From Narcine bancroftii (taxonomy: Eukaryota): a stretch of 64,000 nt of DNA. Below the pieces are notes generated by a model. The model made no database searches. It had not been told where the DNA came from and saw only the letters and a program-made list of their open reading frames with translations. Position numbers and translations under genes: made by a program. The stretch lies in the NCBI RefSeq assembly GCF_036971445.1, contig NC_091471.1, positions 355,012,001 to 355,076,000 on the forward strand. The letters are read 5' to 3'. Below are positions 22,650-33,894 of the stretch, one piece after another; positions within the stretch are counted from its first letter, which is position 1; each line of letters starts with the position of its first letter.

Positions 22650-24870
22650 ACAATCAAACACAGGAAACAGAAGAAGGATTAAACTAACAAATTGGATTAT
22701 TTGAAAGAGAAGGAGAGTATGGAAAAAGATCGGTCAAGAAATCCCTCTGATGAAAAAAGGAAAAGTTTAATAAAGAAGAAATGTTACTATAATACGATCC
22801 AGACTTATAGAACTGAAAAAATTGATTGAGAAAACTAAACAAAAATATTATGAATTGGAGATAGAGGACAAAGTTTTGGCTTGGCAATTGAACAAACCTT
22901 CAGAATATTTAATGCTATTAAAAAGAATACTAAGAAAATTACTTTAAAACCTCAAGAAATAAATGATTCATTTAAGGATATTTATTTTAATTTATATAGA
23001 TGATTATTAGCGATGAGGTTAAAATTGATCATTTTTGTCTCAAATTAGTTTGTCTACCTTGAATTGTCAAGATCAAAAAGATTTAGATGCTCCATTGATA
23101 GTAAAAGAAATTAGTGAGGTTCTTAGATGTTTGCAAAGTGACAAGTCACCAGGAGAGGATGACTTTCCTCCTGAATTTTATAAGAAATTTAAAGATTTAT
23201 TAAAACCTCCTTTTATGGAGGTGTTGAAACAAGCAGCAGAAACCCATTTTCTACTGGAATCTTTTTCAAATGCAATTATAACTAAGAAACTGAATCTTAT
23301 AGGTCAATATCTTTATTAAATGCTGATTACAAAATTATAGCTAAAACTTTGGCAAACAGAGTGGCTAGATATCTACAAAATTTAATTCACATAGACCAAA
23401 TGGGTTTTATTAAAAATGCCAATCTGCTGATAATATTGCTAATTAATTCATTTATTACATTTATCTCAAAAGAAGGGTGACATCGGTGGTGGTAACTTTA
23501 GATGCTGAGAAGGCCTTTGATAGATTAGAATGGAATTATCTATTCAAGGTTTTAGATGTATATTTATTAATTGGGTTAAAACTTTATATAAAAATCCCTC
23601 TGCTATAGTTGTAACTAATGGACAAATTTCTTCTACTTTTCCATTGTCTCGATCAAGTAGACAAGGGTGTCCTTTATTTCCAGCTTTTTGTTTTAGCAAT
23701 TGACCCTTTAGCAATGTTAAATACAAGATTCTAAGATTAAGGGTATAAATGATAGTCAAGAGGAACATAAGATTAATTTATTTGCTGATGATGTCTTAGT
23801 TTATATGACAGATTCCAAAAATTTTTTGTGTCAATTATATTTAAGACTGGAATAATATGGTGAAATATTGGGTTATAAGATTAATTGGGGCAAAAGTGAA
23901 ATTATGCCCTTCGTTAAAGGTAATTATATTCAATGTAGAGAATTTGTGCAATTTAAGTGGTCAGAGGGAAGAATTAAATATTTGGGGATTAAAGTTGATA
24001 ATGATTTAAATAATTTATATAAATTGAACTATTTACTTTTATAAAATTAAAGATTTAAATAGGTGTAATAACTTGCCTATAACCTTAGTAGGTAGAATGA
24101 ATTGTATAAAAATGAATATTTTTCCAAGGGTTCGAAACCTTTTTCAGTCAAATCCTTGTTGGATTCCTCAAAAAATTTTAAGGATTTATATTTGAGTGTG
24201 TTTGGAAAAATTGACCTGGAAATTTGAATTAAGAGGCTTGCAACTATGTAAAGAAAATGAGAAAAATTATTTAATGTTAGGTATAGATTGGGTCAATATA
24301 ATTTTTTTTACATCAATTATATTTAATTCCTCAACAATTAAAAAAAATGAACCCAACATTATCAGATTTGTTTTAGATGTGGTCAGGAAGTTGGTTCATT
24401 TTTGCATTCTATTTGGAAGTGTTCTAGAGTAAGACCTTTGTTTCTAAGAAGTGCATGGTCATTACTTGGAAATCAGATACAAATTTAAGGATGGAGATAG
24501 GGCATGCTGAATTGCATTCTTGTATTTCACTTGAGAAAATAACATAATTTATGTAATAAGCATCAATTTATTTTAAAGTATGGAGCCCATACTTACAACA
24601 CATTGATTTGAAAATTTGAAGGGCTCTCTGAAAGCCCATCCTCTTTGTAACCCCCAGTTCCATTGTTATTTGTATTGAGACTATTATTTCTTTTTGACAT
24701 TCTCCCAATTTTTTTTTCCTTTCTTTGATATTTTAGGGGAGGGTTGGTGAGGGGGGGGGAGGGAAGAGATGAAGGAGTGGGGTTTATATGTGTAATTAAT
24801 TTTTTCTTTAGTTTTATTGAATATGTAGATATGAATGTGGTTTTAAAATTCTTAAAATATTTTAAAAAAG
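22650..24870 (+). mobile_element. Old 5'-truncated L1 ORF2 remnant with 3' tail
   Basis: KSPGEDDFPPEFYKKFKDLL, LDAEKAFDRLEW, SRSSRQGCPL, INLFADDVL and GRMNCIKMNIFP motifs with many stops; G-rich 3' tract and A-rich end. Confidence 0.85.
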
Positions 24871-24927
24871 GAAACAAACCTGGCACCCAGACAGGTACCT
24901 GGTGTCTAATCCACCAATAGACCATGT

Positions 24928-24945
24928 TTTATTAATAATTTTATT
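24928..24945 (-). terminator. Two candidate AATAAA poly(A) signals of ANKRD40
   Basis: TTTATT on + at 24928-24933 and 24940-24945, ~660 nt past the stop codon. Confidence 0.45.
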
Positions 24946-25600
24946 CAATACAATTCCATGGTTACTTATTTTGAAAGTAAATAAAATAATGATGTATATA
25001 GAAAAATAGCCACATCTAAGTGCATAGAGTTGTCCACGTCCACAGAGTAGGGATTGGGATGGGTCCACAAGGCAGCTGGTGCTCAACATTCAGAGAGACA
25101 TGCCTGTCAAAGCCTCTCTACCCCACAGCAAGGCAACGATAGAAAAATAAATGGACTTCTATCCTCAAAGGTGAAGCGCTGGCACAGGGAATGGGGCCTA
25201 GTGTCCAGCAGTGGCTGAGAGGACGTATACAGGCCCAGCGCACACAGCCATCCTGCAAACATATGGTGCGTGTGCACCCATGTGGGGGGGGGGGGGAATG
25301 GTGAAAGTGAGGGAGGGTGACTGGAAGGAGGGGTGAGTGTGGGGGAGAGAGTGAAGGTGGATATGATGGGGTGGAGTGGATCTTGGCCAGTAGGGTGGGG
25401 GGAGAGGGAGTGGGATGAGGAAGGGGGTGGAGGAGGTCTAGGGCAGTGGGGTGGGTGTTGGTAGCCAGGCAGGATGAGACATCGGCCAGTCAGCAACTCC
25501 CAGCTGGGAAAACAAGTACTAGAGGATGAAGCTGATGCAGTTGGTTCTGGCCTGAGTCCACCTGTTCTGGCCAGAGGCCGTCGGTCCCAGTCAGAGACTG

Positions 25601-25741
25601 TTAGTAGATGAGTGATGCTGCTACTGGATTGTAGCAAGGCCTTTCGGTCAGCCCCACCTGTACTGACTCAACTCCACTGTCACCCTTCACCAAGACTAGC
25701 TCCAGCTCCTGGTAGTTCTCAAGCCTCATCACATCTTTGTC
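25601..25741 (-). CDS. ANKRD40: ANKRD40 coding exon 5 (last)
   Basis: CAG|GAC acceptor; DKDVMRLENYQELELVL...LTERPCYNPVAASLIY*. Confidence 0.93.
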   Translation of the reverse strand, partial: DKDVMRLENYQELELVLVKGDSGVESVQVGLTERPCYNPVAASLIY

Positions 25742-25934
25742 CTGAAATGGAGAATAAAGAGTCAACTCCCCTATCGAGGAACTCCATGTCAGGGTGAGGG
25801 GGGCGGCAAGGCGAGGGGCCAAGGAAGTCAGTGGGATGATGGGAGCGGTGACAGCGTAGCAAGGGGTGCACTGGGATGCAGTGTAGCAGGATGCAACGTA
25901 GATTTGTCCACCTTGTCATGCTCTCCTGACTTAC

Positions 25935-26116
25935 CTTCCTCAGTAGTGTGTTGGGCAGCTTCCTGATCTTCTCCACTTTCTCTGGACTAACAGCCAGCTC
26001 CTGGCAGGTGACCCTTAGCAGTGCCTGGAACGTGAGCTCGCATCGATCTAGTTCCACCTCGATGAAATCGTCGTCTTCTGCCGTAGGGTTGTGGAGTCGA
26101 ACTTTCAGCACCAGCT
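25935..26116 (-). CDS. ANKRD40: ANKRD40 coding exon 4
   Basis: ELVLKVRLHNPTAEDDDFIEVELDR...EKIRKLPNTLLRK; CAG acceptor and AAG|GTAAGT donor; 182 nt, phases fit. Confidence 0.94.
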
Positions 26117-26459
26117 CTGTGGGAAGGAAGGAAAATGCTGTCTGTGGCATCTGCAGCGTGGCCTGGATTACTGTGCCCAACTGATGACTGTACCTTGTGG
26201 GATAGGTCGATGATCTGTCACAGCACCAAGACTGGGCGATAATCTCTGTCAACTGCCAGGGTCAGCTCACACTGTAATGGACCCCTTTGGATCGGAGATG
26301 AGGAGGTCTTCTCTTCCAGAGGGAGTTAGTTTCCACAGATGGCTTTGGGGTCAAGAAACTCGGTTGATTTAAAGCAGAGGTTGATGGTTTCTTGATTAGT
26401 GAGGGTGTCAAAAGTTATGTCAAGTAGACAGGAGAATGGGGTTGAGTGGAAGAATATGA

Positions 26460-26830
26460 AATTTGTTGTCATGTAATAAAAACAGTGCAATATTGCAAGG
26501 AATTTGCTTTCGTCTGTTGTAAGTCAGGCAGATTGGCAGAAATTGCCTGAAGCACCTCTTAGGGTCAGAGAAAGAGAAGCAAGAGAGCCCCCTTAGAGTC
26601 ACCGAATATCCATGAATTCATTTCTGTCGCTGCTGCAGCTCCACAGCCATAAAGGGTCCAGTCCAAACCATCATCAGCCCAAGCTGCAGTTCTGAATCCC
26701 AACACCATCAATATACCTTCAACGCCCTCTTGCACCCCGGTTCCAATACCTGGTCATCCTTCAGCCAGTCTCCAGCAGTCCGTCACCTGGTGTGAATCCC
26801 TCGACCACAGTTGCCAGCAGCCTGTACAGG
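26460..26830 (+). repeat. Unclassified interspersed repeat; inverted copy at ~31110-31490
   Basis: TTGTCATGTAA...GTGCAATATT...AGAAATTGCC...GAGAAGCAA.AGAG.CCC...GTCCAGTCCAAACCATCA...TTCCAATACCTGGT recurs as a reverse complement at 31110-31490 and partly at ~35890-36110. Confidence 0.7.
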
Positions 26831-27315
26831 TTCCTCACTTCGAGCAGCCTGTGTGTTCTTCAGCTGCAGAACCCCTTGGTGGTCTGCTGTCACTGACCCG
26901 TGGGTTGTCTCCTCTCCTTTTCAAACAGGAGATTTTCTCCACATTTTCTGGTTCCCTGCAACAGTCCTCTGCTTCCTCAGAGTCTGCATCCTCTCATAGA
27001 CGCTGCCATCTTGGGCGCAGACCCTGTGATTGCAGAATCTTTAAATAAAACCACTGTGAGGTCCATTTACAGGCAGTTTAAAGTCTGCATGAAGCTGATG
27101 GCAGTCAGACTGAATGGTTGGACCACACGGAAAAGCTGTTCTCCGTGGTTCTGCACCAGCTGTAGTGCTGCTGTTATAGAGCAAGGGAGGAAACTTGATG
27201 GGCCAAATGACCTCATTCTGGTCACACTGTGCCTTCTGTGTTAGATACAATGGATTGACCAATACATAGATCATGAATGTAATGAGCAGCACCCTCGTCC
27301 CCTGCCCCCTCTCAC

Positions 27316-27555
27316 CTTGCTCTCTCTCAGGCACTGCTCCCCTCCAGAGGAGCTGGGACGTGGCTGGGCTCTTGGCCTGCAGGCAGACCCACTGACTCGT
27401 GGCAGGCAGCGGCGTTGAGCAGGTAGTGGAAGCTGGGAAGCTGGTGCCGGAGCCCTGGCCGCTGTCCACCAATGGGAGGGGTGGGTTCGCCAGGTAGTTA
27501 GGGATGATCGGGAGCTCTGCACATCCATTCACCGCTGCCACAGTACTCTCATCCA
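27316..27555 (-). CDS. ANKRD40: ANKRD40 coding exon 3
   Basis: VDESTVAAVNGCAELPIIPNYLANPPLP...WRGAVPEREQ; TGCAG acceptor and AAG|GTGAGA donor; 240 nt keeps phase 1. Confidence 0.88.
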
Positions 27556-28061
27556 CTGCAGAGTGAGAAAGCGGCAGTGAGAATCTTCCACACAGTGCTC
27601 AGGTGTGGGACAAGGGTATCACTGGCTGAAACACTGGGCTCCTGTCCTCATTGGCCCTGACCTCAGCCGATTGCGCAAGTGTGTGCGAGCTCAGAGACAA
27701 TCGCTTCTTGTGCAAAGAAACAGGCCTTCGAGCCACCTTATCCATGCTGATCAAATCAGCATTCTGGGCAGGCTCCATTGCCTGCATTTGTGCCACACCT
27801 AAACCCTCCCTCTATCCATAGATCTGTTCAAATTGTATCATTCAGGTGCACATTCTAGATTATGACCACCCTCTGTGTAAAAACGTTGCCCCTTGGTTCC
27901 CTCCCAAATTTCCTCCCTCTTCCTGCCCAACTACTGCAATACTTGTACCTTCCTCCAACACCTCATACCCTCCATGTGTCACAGCACAATGTGACTTCCC
28001 GAAACAGGTCTGAAGTAAAACACAGATGTCTGCAGATACCATGTTTGATGTAAAAAAACAC

Positions 28062-28587
28062 AAACTCAGCAGGTTAAACAGCATACTTTATATAGCAAAG
28101 ATAAAGATGCATAATCAATGTTTTGGCCTTGAGGTATGGAAAAATGTTGGCAGGCGCCCGAACAAAATGATGGAGGTGAGGGGTGGGGGAGGAGCACAGT
28201 CCCAAAGGCAGGAGGTAATAGATAGCTAAGGGAGGGAGGGCACACCAGCAAACAGGAGGGGGGGGGGGTGGCTCGGTGAATAGAGAGGGATAGGAATGGA
28301 GAGCTGAGGTCGTCCTCCCTTCCTTCCCTTTCCGTATGTCTTTTGTCCAGCTCTCCACACCATTCCCTCTTCATTCACAGAGCCATCCCTCCTCCCTGTT
28401 TGCTGGTGTGCCCTCCCTCCCTTACCCACCTATTACCACCTGGTTGTGAGACCATGCTCCTGCACCCCCCCCACCATTTTGTTTGGGTATCTGCCTACAT
28501 TTTGTCAATCCTTGCTCAAGCTTGAATCGTTGGTTACATATCTTTTATCTTTGCTATATAAAGTACATTGTTTGACCTGTTGAGTTT
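28062..28587. repeat. Long imperfect inverted repeat (arms 28062-28306 and 28348-28587), probably a Penelope-like/retroelement fold-back
   Basis: TACTTTATATAGCAAAGATAAA vs TTTATCTTTGCTATATAAAGTA; AAGGGAGGGAGGGCACACCAGCAAACAGG vs CCTGTTTGCTGGTGTGCCCTCCCTCCCTT. Confidence 0.85.
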
Positions 28588-29049
28588 CTCCAGAATTGTC
28601 TTTACCTCGCTTCTGCTACAGCAGCACCAGTCATCGTGTTGCCAGACCCACACTGCTCCCTGAGGTACGGCATTGGACCAAGACCCAGCTGGATCCCTCC
28701 CTCTGATGGCCTCCCATCACCAACCCAATTTTGGGCCCACTTTGACAGGTTTGTTCCCTGTGCCTGGTAACAGACTCCCAAGTAGTCAAAGAAGGATGCC
28801 GAGTACTCAGTTTCCCAATGGAGTGAGGGTTTTATGGTTACTATTTAATCACTGAAAAAATTTTGTGCTTTTTAAATCCCTTATTTTTATTTATCTGCTG
28901 GAAACCTGATCCCAGACTGCCAGGATGAATTGGGAACGGAGTTCAACGTAAACCACCTGCCCATTGCACAAATTCCTGTCAAAGAGGGAGGCAATATTAG
29001 CATTGGAGAATGGTCCTGACCTGGATTTCGCAGCGGGCCTGGCCATGAC

Positions 29050-30025
29050 CTGGGGTACAGGTGGACAGTGAAAGGGCTGGGTGGTACAGGCGAACAATGA
29101 GCAGGATGGGACGGGAGTACAGGTGGGCAGTGAGCAGGGTAGGGACATGGGGTACAGGCAGTGAGCAGAGTGGAGACGTGGGGACCAGGCAGTCGTAGAG
29201 CAGGGTGGAAATGTGAGGTACAGGGAGACAAGGATCAGGGTGGGGCTGTGGGGTACAGGAAGTTAGAGAGCAGGATGGGTTGTGGAGTACTGACAGATGG
29301 TGAGCAGGGGAGGGAGGGGTGGTGGTACAGGCAGACAGTAAGTGGAGTGGGGACAGGATGTACAGGTGGATGTAGGATGGGGAAAAGGACAGTAAGTGGG
29401 GAGATATGGTTTATGCAGATAGTAAGCCGGTGGGGACGTGGGGTAGGGGTATAGGTGGACGGAGAGCAGGGCTGCGATGCAAAGGGATGGAGAGCAGGGT
29501 TGGGGGGATATAGGTGGATAGAGACTGGGGTAGGGTACCGGCAGATGGAGAGGGGATACAGGTGGATGGAGAGTGGAGTACAGGTGGACAGAGGGCAGGG
29601 TGGGGGAACAGACCGATGGAGAGTGGGGTGAGGTGAGGGTTACTGGTTAATGGATATCAGTGGGGGGAAATACAGGCAGACAGTGTAGAGTGGTCTTGGG
29701 AGATACAGGTGGTCAGCAAGGTGAGGTTGGGGGTACAGGTGGACCTAGAGCAGGGTGGGCGTACAGAGAGCAGAGTTGTGTGGGGGGGGGGTATGGGCAC
29801 TGTGACAGGAGTGCACAGGCAGACAGAGCGGGGTAGGGATGGGGGTGGGGAGTACAGGGGACAGAGCGGGGTGGGAGGTACATGCGGGGATAGTGGGGTG
29901 AGGGATTCTTGCAGATGGATAATGGGCTGGGGTCGTAGAGCGCTGGGGGATACAGGCGGACAGAGAGCGATGGGGGGGTGGGGGGGTTCAGGTGGACGGG
30001 GGAGGGTACAGGCGGACGGATAGCA
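29050..30025. repeat. Degenerate G-rich minisatellite in ANKRD40 intron 2
   Basis: Many variants of GGGTACAGGTGGACAGTGAGCAGGG. Confidence 0.75.
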
Positions 30026-30035
30026 GAGTAGTTAC

Positions 30036-30184
30036 CTCCCAATATCGCCCGGATCTCCGGTTTGGACGTCAGTTGGGCCGCACTCTCACCCTTGGCGGTG
30101 AGGATTTCTTTATCCGCCCCGGCTGCCAGCAAGTCGGAAACGATGCCGGGGTGAGCCCGCTTGCACGCCCAGTGCAGGCACGTC
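30036..30184 (-). CDS. ANKRD40: ANKRD40 coding exon 2 (ankyrin repeat)
   Basis: (W)TCLHWACKRAHPGIVSDLLAAGADKEILTAKGESAAQLTSKPEIRAILG; TGCAG acceptor and G|GTAAC donor; 149 nt. Confidence 0.94.
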
Positions 30185-30331
30185 CTGCAACATAACCGGA
30201 GCCAGTACAGTTACCACCGCCAGAGGAGCAACCCCCACCCCAACCGGCACCCGGCTGCGGCTTCCCCCTCTCCCTCCAACCAACCGTGGACAAGGTTCCC
30301 CCGGCCCGGCCCGGCCCGGCCCCCTTCCTAC

Positions 30332-30462
30332 CAGCCGTTGACGAGGTTCTGTCCGTTGACCCAGGCCCCACTGTCCAGCAGCCGCCGCACCGCCTCGGCG
30401 TCCCCGACGCTGCACGCCTCCCGCAGCCGCTCCTCCAGCTCCAGCTGCGGGTTGGCCGCCAT
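30332..30462 (-). CDS. ANKRD40: ANKRD40 coding exon 1
   Basis: MAANPQLELEERLREACSVGDAEAVRRLLDSGAWVNGQNLVNG(W); donor TG|GTAGG. The five exons total 843 nt = 280 aa plus stop. CpG-rich. Confidence 0.92.
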
Positions 30463-31361
30463 CACGTCCCGCAACCCTCAGCCTCTTCGCTCCGCCCTCC
30501 CCCTTCAGGCCCCGGGCTCCTCACTCACTCCACGCCTCCAGCAGGCTCCACCCCTCCAGAGCGAGCCGCGGGACAGGCACGGTAGGGATGCGGGTGGTCC
30601 TGGGGAAGGGATGGGAGGTCTGGGCCGGAGGGCCATCGGGGTCGGCGAGTCCTGTGGCTGCGACCCCCCAACTGCACAGACTCGTCTTGGAGCGGCCCGG
30701 CCCCAGTGGGGAAACGAAGCCATAAGGAGCGGGTCGATCAGCCCCTGGCAGCAGAGGGGCTCCAGGAGGCTCACTACCTCTCTCCTGTCAGCCCGAGGAT
30801 GCCAGTAACACCCTGCTACCTTCAGGCAGAAGCCTGAACACAACACCTCTGGATTCGAACAGTTTCTTTCCAACAGCCATCAGGGTCTTGAACCTCCCTG
30901 TGATCAGCCGTGCCCATGAGGGGTTGCACATAACACCAGAAAACTGGGAGACCACTCTTTCCCCCCCCCCCTCTCCTCCAACCCCCTCTCAATTTGAGGA
31001 GAAGCAGAGGAGAGAAGAGTCAACCCGTGGAATGATGACCATGGTGGTTGTCCTTTGAGGGGCTCTACGGCTGAAGAACACACAGGCGGCGGGCTGTTGG
31101 CTTGAGGAACCCGCGGCGGCTGCTAGTGACTGCAGTCGAGGAGATTGATGGACATGTGTTTGGAGCGGGCTGCTGGAGATTGGCTAAAGGGGTACCAGGT
31201 ATTGGAACTGGGATGCGAGAGGGCGCTGAAGGTTTCCTGGTTTTGTCGGGGTTTGGATATGGAGCTTGGGCTGCTGATGGTTTGGACTGGACTTTGTGTT
31301 GGCTGCAGCAGCGCAAGCGGTGAATCCACGGACACTCGGGGACTCTGATGGGACTCTTTTG

Positions 31362-31400
<39 letters not shown>

Positions 31401-31494
31401 GTAAGAGGCAATTTCTGCTGATGGCAAATCTGTCTGCCGTAAGCAAATTCTATGTAATATTGCACTTTTGTTTACATGACAATAAAATAATCTT

Positions 31495-32120
31495 TTTTTG
31501 AATATTTTATTTAAGTTTTAAGAAAATACAGAATATAGGATTCAATTAATATAATATCAATAATGCTGAAAATAAATCAGAAAAAACATTCATAAGGTCC
31601 GAAAAAAAGACCACTTCTTCTCCCAGCGTCCCCTCCTCAGATTCAAAAGAAAAGGGGACAAACAGTGGGGAAATAGAGAGAGATAAAAAGAAATAAATGG
31701 AAAATAAAAAGCAACAGGAGCAAGATTCGCCATCTCAGAGTCGCATCATTTAAAAAGTATTAAATTTCTAATACTAATTGACAAATATCAAAATAAATTA
31801 TACAGTCAGGGCATTAAAGCAATCTAAATAAGGTTGCCAAATTTCGATGAACATACTATATCTATTCCTTAGTCTGTAAGAAATATTCTCAAGGAGAATA
31901 CATCTTTGCACTTCCATGTTCCAACAATCAATGTGAAGTAGGGAATCGAATTTCTATGTTACCACTATACATTTCTTGGCTATTGACAATGCAATTTTAA
32001 TAAATTTAGATGTACTTCTGGAGAAATTTACTTTTATAACAGCCAAATTCCCCCCCAAAAAAACAATTCCGGGTTCAGAGGGAAGTTCACCCTCACAATT
32101 TTTGTCAACATTTACAATAA
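31495..32120 (-). mobile_element. L1-like 3' fragment, minus strand
   Basis: T-rich head on +. Minus strand gives FIKIALSIAKKCIVVT...WNMEVQRCIPLE, similar to the ORF2 C-terminus at ~54160. Confidence 0.7.
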
Positions 32121-33196
32121 AAGAATCTTGAATCTAATCATGATTGCTTGTGCTGCTGGTCAATTTTTGCACTAAGATTACTATGAATATTATCTATATT
32201 TGGCACTTATTGTCTATTAATTTAATTCAATTTTTTTACTATTATAATATTTCTTTTTAACTACTTGTTCTACTACTGCAAGGAAGAATTTTGTGCATGT
32301 GTACATTGTGTTATCATTATCTCCCCTACTCCCTGGAGCCCTGCATTCACAGTTTATATAGGTTGGCACAACATTGTGGGCTGAAGAAAGGCCTGTAACG
32401 TGGGTGACAGGAGTGGGCAGCATACAAGGCGTTGCAGTGCCCCTGCCCATGCTGGGTGTCTGGTCTTGGTGTATGGGTATGATGCTCTCATTGCCATCTT
32501 CTGTAGTTTGAGGAGTCATGAACAAACCATTGGGTGTAATTGATTGCACGGGTTAGTGGGGTAGAAGGACCTGATACCGTGCTGAACATCTAAAGGTAAA
32601 TCAAAACCCTCCCCCCCCCTTCCCCAAGGAGGCTGAAAGGACATCTTTGATCCCTTTTCTCTGCTTATCTCTTCCCTTTCCTCAATAAACATTGGTCTGA
32701 ACTGCAACACAAGTCTGGTGTCAAGCAATGAGTGTAATTTGGTCCTGAGAGAGGACACTGGCCAATTATTAAATCATTCCAATACTGTAAAACACATCTA
32801 TGGGGCAAAAAGAAAAAAATCCTGCCTCCTGACCTGCACAGACGTGTTCTCCTCCACCCTGCTCTGGCACCAGATGCAAATCCTTCATTACCTCCTGTCT
32901 GTACTGACTCCGCTTCCCATTCCTGCTCCTTCCTCTCTTGTTCTGACACTGGATTCTCCTCCCACCACACCTGCTTTCCTCAAGGTCTTTCCTGGGGGAT
33001 GACACAAAGCAGAGGCTGGTTGATTTTGGGAGTGGGGTGGAGAAAATGTTAGGGGTGGGATCAGGAGATGGAGGCAAAGGCAAGAGAAAGGAGGGGGTTG
33101 TGGGGAAGGGTGCAATGCTCAGCAGGGCTGGAGAAGCTCAGCAGGCCAACCAGCATACAGAGGAAGTTGACATTTCAGGCCTGAGCCCTTCCTTCA

Positions 33197-33510
33197 AAAA
33201 CTTCAACAGGTGTATAATGGAGAGCATTCTGTCTGGTTGCATCACTGGCACAGAGGTGCCAATACTCAGGCCAGGAAAAATCCCAGCGGGATGTAATCTC
33301 GGCCTGTGACATCGCAGGCACCAGACTTCAGTCCATCAAGGACATCGACATGAGGCAGTGTCTTAAGTAAACAGCCTCTGTCTTCAAGGACCTCCACCAC
33401 CCAGGCCTTGTCCTCTTCACTCCGCTATCATCAGGGAAAAGGTACAGGAGCCTGAAGATGAGCACTCAGTGGCACAAGGTCAGCTTCTTCCCCTCCGCCA
33501 TCAGATTCCT
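33197..33510 (+). mobile_element. Rex1/Babar-like non-LTR 3' fragment (related pieces at ~35700-35830, ~38816-39024, and minus ~57840-58190)
   Basis: NFNRCIMESILSGCIT...HHPG..LF..L.SGKRYRSL...SFFPSAIRFL, a C-terminal signature of this clade. Confidence 0.7.
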
Positions 33511-33624
33511 ATATAGCAATGTTGTAAAATGGTTAATAATATGCACTGTGACGCTGCCGCAAAACCCCGAATTTCATGACTTATTCATGACAATAAATTC
33601 TGATGCTGGTACAATGGCTGGATG

Positions 33625-33771
33625 GTCACGTGATCCACTGACGCGTTGCCTGGCAACGGCGCCTGCCCGCACCGACAGGTGTGTCAAGGATAAGGTCGTG
33701 ACGCAGGGCAGGCTGGGAGGTTGTGGCTGTGCGGTGCAGTGTGGGAGCAGGCAGGCGACCGGCGCCATTTT
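33625..33771 (+). promoter_or_regulatory. LUC7L3 CpG promoter with E-box, CRE half-site, RFX X-box and YY1 motifs
   Basis: GTCACGTGA 33625-33633; TGACG 33639; GTTGCCTGGCAAC 33645-33657; CGCCATTTT 33763-33771. Confidence 0.6.
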
Positions 33772-33795
33772 GCGGAACGCGGGCCTGAGGGAAAG

Positions 33796-33894
33796 ATGTT
33801 GTCGAACGCGCAGCTGCTGGATGAGCTGATGGGCCGCGACCGGAACCTGGCCCCGGACGAGAAGCGGCAGAACGTGCGCTGGGATGATGACAGC
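33796..33894 (+). CDS. LUC7L3: LUC7L3 coding exon 1
   Basis: MLSNAQLLDELMGRDRNLAPDEKRQNVRWDDDS|GTGAGT; 99 nt. Confidence 0.96.
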
